Positions 58,114 through 64,000 of a stretch of DNA of 64,000 nt are shown here, in pieces. Numbering within the stretch: position 1 is the first letter of the stretch; each line of letters begins with the position of its first letter. The DNA comes from Acutalibacteraceae bacterium. GTDB taxonomy: Bacteria > Bacillota > Clostridia > Oscillospirales > Acutalibacteraceae. Location: positions 1-64,000 of the forward strand of contig JAZSOH010000025.1 in the NCBI GenBank assembly GCA_045536815.1. The letters run 5' to 3'. A program made the translations under genes and the position numbers. The notes beneath the pieces were generated by a model. It did no database searches. It worked only from the letters and a program-made list of their open reading frames with translations, and was not told the DNA's origin.

Positions 58114-59403
58114 TTGCAAAACGAAAGAAAGGTTTTAGTATCTGCACTGCTTAAAGCAGAAAAAAGCGGATATTCTAACATAGTTTTAAATAGTGTTTTA
58201 AACGAAACCGACCTCGATTCAGTTAAGAAGGGCTTTGTAACAACCGCTTTTTATGGCGTATTGGAAAGAAAACTTTTTTTGGATTTTGTTTTAAATAAGT
58301 TCTTGAAAAAGCCTATCGAAAAGGCTCCGCCTGTAACTGCTTCGGTGCTAAGAGCAGGAAGCTATCAAATACTATTTATGGAAAAGGTGCCTTCTTCTGC
58401 GGCGGTTAACGAATCGGTAAAGCTTATTAAAAAATCTAAAGAAAGCGGAAACAGTGGTCTTGTAAACGCCGTATTAAGAAAGATTTCAAGCGAAAATCTT
58501 AGCTCATTGCTTGAAGGGGCAGGTGAGAATGTTAGGTTTTCAATTTCAAAATGGATATATGACAAGCTTATTTCTTATTATGGAAAAGAGCAAACCCATA
58601 GCTTTTTGGAAAACAGTTTACTGCCTCCGCCACTTTTTGTGAAGGTAAATACCACTCAAAATACCCCAAAGGTTCTTAAGGAAAAACTAGCTTCTAAAAA
58701 TATTATTCTAAGTGAAACTGAGTTGGAAGATTTATTTAAGGCTGAGTCTTTCCAAAATATCGAAAAAAGCGAGGAGTATTTGGGCGGCGAGTTTTTCGTT
58801 CAGGATTTTTCAAGTAGTTTGTCTGCCGCCTCGGTTATGGCTAAACCCGGTATGAAGGTTTTAGACGCATGTGCGGCACCCGGAGGAAAAACGTTTTCTA
58901 TGGCCGCGATGATGGAGAATAAGGGTGAGATAACCGCTTTAGATTTGCATGAGCACCGAGTAAAGTTAATTGAAAACGGTGCCTCAAGGCTTGGTATTAA
59001 CATAGTAAAGGCAAAAAAGAGCGATGCCGCTAAAGCTTCTTTTGAGGGAGAACTTTTTGATAGGGTGCTTTGCGATGTACCTTGCAGTGGCATTGGTGTT
59101 ATTAGAAGAAAGCCTGAAATAAAATATAAAGACGAAGCTGAATGTAGCGATTTACCGCAAATTCAGTTAGAAATTTTAGAAAACTCCGCAAAATATTTAA
59201 AAAAAGGCGGAAGGCTAATTTATTCTACCTGTACACTTCTTAAAAGCGAAAATGAGGAAGTTGTTAATAGGTTTTTAGAAAGAAATAAAGATTTTGCACC
59301 CGCTAAAGTGGGTGTGCTGGGAATAGAAAAAACAAATGTAACGCTTATTCCACCGAATTTTTTAGGAGACGGATTTTTCATTGCGGCATTTGAAAGGAAG
59401 TGA
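58114..59403 (+). CDS. rsmB: 16S rRNA (cytosine967-C5)-methyltransferase
   Basis: NusB-like N-terminal domain plus SAM MTase (DACAAPGGKT, DVPCSG). Confidence 0.85.
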   Translation: MQNERKVLVSALLKAEKSGYSNIVLNSVLNETDLDSVKKGFVTTAFYGVLERKLFLDFVLNKFLKKPIEKAPPVTASVLRAGSYQILFMEKVPSSAAVNESVKLIKKSKESGNSGLVNAVLRKISSENLSSLLEGAGENVRFSISKWIYDKLISYYGKEQTHSFLENSLLPPPLFVKVNTTQNTPKVLKEKLASKNIILSETELEDLFKAESFQNIEKSEEYLGGEFFVQDFSSSLSAASVMAKPGMKVLDACAAPGGKTFSMAAMMENKGEITALDLHEHRVKLIENGASRLGINIVKAKKSDAAKASFEGELFDRVLCDVPCSGIGVIRRKPEIKYKDEAECSDLPQIQLEILENSAKYLKKGGRLIYSTCTLLKSENEEVVNRFLERNKDFAPAKVGVLGIEKTNVTLIPPNFLGDGFFIAAFERK

Positions 59404-59431
59404 TTTTTTGGAGAAAAAGGATATAGCCTCT

Positions 59432-60463
59432 ATGACATTAGAGGAAATAGGTGCAGAGTTTAAAAGCCTTTCGGAGCCTGTTTATAGAGCAAAACAGGTT
59501 TATCTATGGCTTAGAAAAGGCGTAACCGATTTCGAAGAAATGACCAACCTTCCAAAAGCACTTAGAGAAAGACTAAGAGAGTTCTTTATTATAAAAAGCG
59601 TAAAAATTAAAAAAAGACTTGAATCTAGGGTAGATGATACTGTAAAATATCTATATGAGCTTTCCGATGGTGAGCTGGTTGAATCGGTACTTATGAAATA
59701 TCACCACGGCTACAGTATGTGCATCTCTTCTCAGGTGGGGTGCCGAATGGGTTGTAGCTTTTGCGCTTCTGGGCTTGGTGGGCTTTACCGAAACTTAACT
59801 CCGTCTGAAATGCTTGCACAAATTCAGGTTGCCTCAATAGATAGAGGTATACGCGTTTCGAATGTTGTTATGATGGGTATGGGCGAACCGCTTGATAACC
59901 TCGAAAATACCGTTAGGTTTTTGAATTTGGTTAGCGATCCTGATGGGCTTTCAATAGGCCTTAGGCATATCTCGGTTTCAACCTCGGGGCTTGTTCCTAA
60001 GATTTATGAGTTTATGGAGTATAAATTCCCTGTAACTCTTTCGGTTTCGCTTCACGCACCTACTGATGAGATTAGGGATAAGATAATGAAAATAAATCAC
60101 GCCTATAATACCGAAAAGCTTTTAAAGGCGTGTAAGGATTATATAGATAAAACAGGAAGAAGAATTTCTTTTGAATATGCGCTTATCGAAGGTGTAAATA
60201 ATTCTGACGAATGCGCGAAGATTCTCGCCAAAAGGCTTTCAGGAATGTTATGTCATCTTAATTTAATTCCTGCTAATCCTGTTAAAGAGAATGATTTTGA
60301 ACGACCTGCTGATAAAAAGGTTCAACATTTTTGTGAGCTTATGAATAGGCTGGGCATAAATACAACTGTTAGAAGAACGCTTGGCGCCGATATTGAGGCT
60401 TCATGCGGGCAACTAAGGCAAAGACATTTAGAAAGCGAAAAGAAAGGGGGAGAGTTGTTATGA
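59432..60463 (+). CDS. rlmN: 23S rRNA (adenine2503-C2)-methyltransferase, radical SAM
   Basis: CRMGCSFCASG CxxxCxxC. The start may instead be upstream at 59381. Confidence 0.85.
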   Translation: MTLEEIGAEFKSLSEPVYRAKQVYLWLRKGVTDFEEMTNLPKALRERLREFFIIKSVKIKKRLESRVDDTVKYLYELSDGELVESVLMKYHHGYSMCISSQVGCRMGCSFCASGLGGLYRNLTPSEMLAQIQVASIDRGIRVSNVVMMGMGEPLDNLENTVRFLNLVSDPDGLSIGLRHISVSTSGLVPKIYEFMEYKFPVTLSVSLHAPTDEIRDKIMKINHAYNTEKLLKACKDYIDKTGRRISFEYALIEGVNNSDECAKILAKRLSGMLCHLNLIPANPVKENDFERPADKKVQHFCELMNRLGINTTVRRTLGADIEASCGQLRQRHLESEKKGGELL

Positions 60464-61188
60464 TAATTTCTGCTAAAACCGATGTAGGACTTAAAAGAAG
60501 CGCAAATCAAGATGCATTTGATACTAAAATTTTAAACGATGGTCTTGCTTGGGCGATAGTGTGCGATGGTATGGGTGGTCAGGCCGCAGGTAATATTGCG
60601 AGTAAAATAGCGGTTGAAAGAATTACTTCGGCGTTCTCTGAAAACCTATCACCACGATTAAACGAAAAACAACTTGCCACTTTTTTAAAGGCGGCTGCCG
60701 AATCGGCAAATATGGCCATTTACGATAAGGCTAGGTCTGATGAAGAACTTAGCGGTATGGGAACAACCCTTGTTTGCGCTGTTATTAAAGAGGGCAGTTG
60801 CCTTGTGGCACATGCAGGTGACAGTAGACTTTACCTTTTTAGAGATAATTGTCTAATTCAAATGACAAGCGACCATTCGGTTGTTCAGTCTATGGTAGAT
60901 AATGGGCATTTAACCGAAGAGGAAGCAAAAACTCATCCAAGCAAGAATATAATTACTAGGGCGCTTGGTGTACATAGTAGGATTGACGTTGATATAAATG
61001 ATTTTTCAGTTAAAGAAAATGATATAATTCTACTTTGTTCTGACGGACTTACAAACTGTGTTGACGACGCAGAAATAACAAAGGTTTTAACTGAAAGTGA
61101 GCCCGAAAACATTTCAGAAATACTTATAGACAAAGCAAATAGCGGCGGTGGTTTTGATAATATCACTGTTGTTACTATAAAGATATAA
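60460..61188 (+). CDS. stp: PP2C-family Ser/Thr phosphatase
   Basis: DVGLKRSANQDAF…VCDGMGG. ATGA overlap with the rlmN stop. Confidence 0.85.
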   Translation: MIISAKTDVGLKRSANQDAFDTKILNDGLAWAIVCDGMGGQAAGNIASKIAVERITSAFSENLSPRLNEKQLATFLKAAAESANMAIYDKARSDEELSGMGTTLVCAVIKEGSCLVAHAGDSRLYLFRDNCLIQMTSDHSVVQSMVDNGHLTEEEAKTHPSKNIITRALGVHSRIDVDINDFSVKENDIILLCSDGLTNCVDDAEITKVLTESEPENISEILIDKANSGGGFDNITVVTIKI

Positions 61189-61272
61189 AGTTATTTAAAT
61201 TCTTTTAAATTTCTGCAAAAAGGCAAGCAGAAAAATACTTTAGCCGTATGCGGCGGCGGAAACGGATTTATT

Positions 61273-63345
61273 ATGGATAAATTTGTTGGAAAAAGACTTG
61301 ATGGAAGATATAAAATTGAGGGTATTATAGGCGTAGGCGGTATGGCGGTTGTTTACAAGGCCTATGATAGTGTTGAAGATAGGGTAGTTGCAATTAAAAT
61401 TTTAAAGGACGAGTTTGCAACTAATGAAGAGTTTAAACGTCGCTTTAAAAACGAATCTAAGGCAATTGCCGTGCTTTCACACCCCAATATAGTTAAGGTT
61501 TATGACGTTAGCTTTGGCGACCTTATTCAGTATATTGTTATGGAATATATTGAAGGTATAAATCTTAAAGAATATATTGAAAAAAGCGCCGGTCTTTCTT
61601 GGAATGAGGCGGTTAACCTTACAATTCAAATTTTACGTGGTCTTCAACATGCTCACGATAAGGGTATCGTTCACCGCGATGTGAAGCCGCAAAACATTAT
61701 GGTACTAGAAGACAATACTATAAAGGTTACCGACTTTGGCATTGCAAGGTTTGCCAGAAATGAATCTAAAACCATAACCGATAAGGCTATCGGTTCGGTT
61801 CATTATATCAGTCCCGAACAAGCAAAGGGCGAGGTTACAGACGAAAAGGCAGACATTTATTCGGTTGGTGTAATGCTTTACGAAATGCTAACAGGCGTTC
61901 TTCCTTTTGAGGCAGAAAGCGCAGTTTCTGTTGCAATTATGCAGCTTCAAACCGAACCAAAGCTTCCAACCCATGTTAATCCTTTAATCCCTGTTGGTAT
62001 TGAGCAAATTACCGTTAAGGCGATGCAAAAGGATACTCGTAATCGTTATAAATCGGCGGCAGAGATGCTACGTGATTTGGAACAGTTTAAGCGCGACCCG
62101 AGTATGACCTTTGATAACCTTTATTTCATTGATAATGAGCCTACAAAGTTTATCGATACTCCGGAGGAAGTAGGCGAAGCAGAGGAAGAAAAGACAAAAT
62201 CACCTATTATTCCAATTCTAACAGGTGTGGCAGTTGCCTTTGTTGCCGCAATTTTGGTTTTGGTTTATTTTGTTATAAGAACACTTACAGGAACAACAGG
62301 AAGCGAATTCCCTTGCCCCGATTATGTGGGTGCGGTGTATGAAACTGTTGTTGCAGAAGAAAACGAATATGGCTTTACCTTCCAAATTTCTTCTTATCAA
62401 AACAGTTCCGAGTTTGAAAGGGGAGAGATTATTTCTCAAACCCCCGTTGCAGGTAAAGACGTTAAGAAAAACGCTATTATTAAGGTTATAGTAAGTAACG
62501 GCCCTGAATATTTAGAGGTGCCAAAGGTTGACGGCTTTGAGGCCGCAAAGGCACAGGCTATTTTGGAAAATGCCGGCTTTAAGGTAGTAAGAGTAGAGGA
62601 AATCAGCGAGGACGTAGCCGCAAATATGGTTATTAGAACAACCCCTGCGGGCGGTTCATATATGTCTTCAGATACCGAAATTAAGATGTTTGTAAGTAGC
62701 GGCGAGCCTACCGAGCTTATTGATGTTCCCAACGTTGTTGGCTGTACTTTAGAGGACGCGAAGAAAATCATTGAAAAGCAGGGCTTTACAGTTGGAACGA
62801 TTGAAGAGGTAGAAAGCGACGCTAAAAATAAAAACTATGTTATGGAGCAAGACCCGAAGGTTGACGGTGGCCAAAAAGGTAAGGGTACTGCCATAAATCT
62901 TAAGATAGGTAGCGGCGTTAGAACCTACAAATTTACACTTAAGCTTCCGCTTCCAACCGATTATGCTTCCCAGTATGGAATGGTTTCAATTTGGATAAAC
63001 AACGAAGAAATTAAGAAATCTAACAAGCTTGATATTTGGAATTCGGGTACAACAAGCTTTGAGATTGAAACTCAAGAACCAAGGGTTGCTATTGAAATTA
63101 AGCTTTCCAGTAAAGATAATCAGTATGACGATTATCTAAGTTATGTTATCGATTCTGAAACGGGCGCGGTAGACAATACAAAAACCGAAATTCATAGTTA
63201 TCCTGTTTATGAGCCTCCCGTTAGTTCAAAGCCTGACTCTACCGATGCATCAAATGATAACTCGTCTGATATATCAGAGGGCTCTTCTAGTACCGATGAA
63301 ACTTCGTCAATGCCTTCGGTAGATGACACCGAAGACGCTGATTAG
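61273..63345 (+). CDS. prkC: Ser/Thr protein kinase with PASTA repeats
   Basis: GVGGMAVVYKA, HRDVKPQN and DFGIA motifs. TM segment. Three PASTA-like repeats. Ser/Asp-rich tail. Confidence 0.9.
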   Translation: MDKFVGKRLDGRYKIEGIIGVGGMAVVYKAYDSVEDRVVAIKILKDEFATNEEFKRRFKNESKAIAVLSHPNIVKVYDVSFGDLIQYIVMEYIEGINLKEYIEKSAGLSWNEAVNLTIQILRGLQHAHDKGIVHRDVKPQNIMVLEDNTIKVTDFGIARFARNESKTITDKAIGSVHYISPEQAKGEVTDEKADIYSVGVMLYEMLTGVLPFEAESAVSVAIMQLQTEPKLPTHVNPLIPVGIEQITVKAMQKDTRNRYKSAAEMLRDLEQFKRDPSMTFDNLYFIDNEPTKFIDTPEEVGEAEEEKTKSPIIPILTGVAVAFVAAILVLVYFVIRTLTGTTGSEFPCPDYVGAVYETVVAEENEYGFTFQISSYQNSSEFERGEIISQTPVAGKDVKKNAIIKVIVSNGPEYLEVPKVDGFEAAKAQAILENAGFKVVRVEEISEDVAANMVIRTTPAGGSYMSSDTEIKMFVSSGEPTELIDVPNVVGCTLEDAKKIIEKQGFTVGTIEEVESDAKNKNYVMEQDPKVDGGQKGKGTAINLKIGSGVRTYKFTLKLPLPTDYASQYGMVSIWINNEEIKKSNKLDIWNSGTTSFEIETQEPRVAIEIKLSSKDNQYDDYLSYVIDSETGAVDNTKTEIHSYPVYEPPVSSKPDSTDASNDNSSDISEGSSSTDETSSMPSVDDTEDAD

Positions 63346-63358
63346 TTCGAGGAACTTA

Positions 63359-64000
63359 TATGTCGGAAAATAAAGGAATATTAATTAAAGCTATTGCCGG
63401 CTTCTATTATATAGATGCCGGCGACGGCATATATGAATGTAAAGCAAGGGGGATTTTCAGAAAAAACGGTATCACCCCAACGGTTGGTGATAAGGTTTTA
63501 TTTGAAAATCTTGGGCAGAATAAGGGCGTTTTAACTGAAATTACTCCTAGAAAAAATATTCTTGTCAGGCCCCCCGTTGCAAATATTGATAGGCTTTTTA
63601 TAGTTTCAAGCCTGTGTACACCCGCACCAAATACCTTGGTTATAGACAGGCTAACTGCTATTGCTATCGAAAATGATATTGAACCTATACTCGTTTTTAA
63701 TAAAGGTGATTTAGGTGATATGAGCGAGTGGATAAATATCTATAAGAAGTCGGGCTTTAAAACTGTTTTGACTTCTACAGTTAGTGGAGAGGGCTGTGAT
63801 GAAATATTATCGCTTATAGAGAGTAATATTTCTGCATTTACGGGAAATTCGGGTGTAGGAAAATCAAGCCTTTTGAATAAAATTTTGCCTGAACTATCGC
63901 TAAAAATTGGCGATGTAAGTGAAAAGCTTGGAAGAGGAAGGCACACAACAAGGCACACCGAACTTTATAAGGTAGGTGGCGGATATGTGGCTGATACTCC
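63359..64000 (+). CDS. rsgA: ribosome small subunit-dependent GTPase A (3' end outside window)
   Basis: OB-fold N-terminus. G4/G1 motifs (VFNKGDL, GNSGVGKSSL). The ORF runs off the window end. Confidence 0.85.

Noticed and set aside
1-64000. Prophage, integrase, transposase or insertion-sequence genes to explain the repeats.
   Set aside because: No recombinase, transposase, capsid or terminase-like ORF was recognised anywhere in the window. The repeat-bounded segments therefore appear non-autonomous.

Overview
This 64-kb window looks like chromosome from a low-GC Gram-positive bacterium (Clostridia-like Firmicutes): AT-rich intergenic regions, GGAGG-type ribosome-binding sites, rho-independent terminators, TTG/GTG starts. 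Most genes are plus-strand housekeeping: proS, a trigger-factor-like lipoprotein, rsmD, coaD, a glycopolymer cluster (GT4-GT4-licD-tagD-ligase/polymerase-like-Wzx), mrp, then thyX-tmk-DJ-1-5FCL-mltG-U32 peptidase-PBP-yicC-remA-gmk-rpoZ-priA-def-fmt-rsmB-rlmN-stp-prkC-rsgA. The window starts with an NfeD/flotillin operon. Three anomalous stretches stand out. (i) 22.3-25.7 kb: a tRNA-Thr/tRNA-Tyr locus with duplicated tRNA 3' ends and two ~180-bp direct repeats, each ending in a 19-bp copy of the tRNA-Tyr 3' terminus and each followed by its own terminator, bracketing a 2.5-kb integrase-less cargo (truncated Avd-like four-helix-bundle gene plus a zinc-ribbon membrane protein). (ii) 32.1-34.05 kb: a five-gene small-protein cassette bracketed by an identical 43-bp hairpin repeat. 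(iii) 35.6-45.3 kb: an island with two paralogous orphan solute-binding lipoproteins carrying extreme acidic D/E/K linkers, two paralogous ~0.9-kb ORF-free hairpin-dense repeats, a divergent long Prs paralog, an intact Avd-like gene, a secreted protein with three CBM-like repeats plus a 37-aa acidic peptide, and recurring short-box-plus-variable-hairpin arrays at ~21-bp periodicity next to promoters. No integrase, transposase, reverse transcriptase, cas or rRNA gene was seen. The non-coding repeat/array architecture is the most likely candidate for something undescribed.
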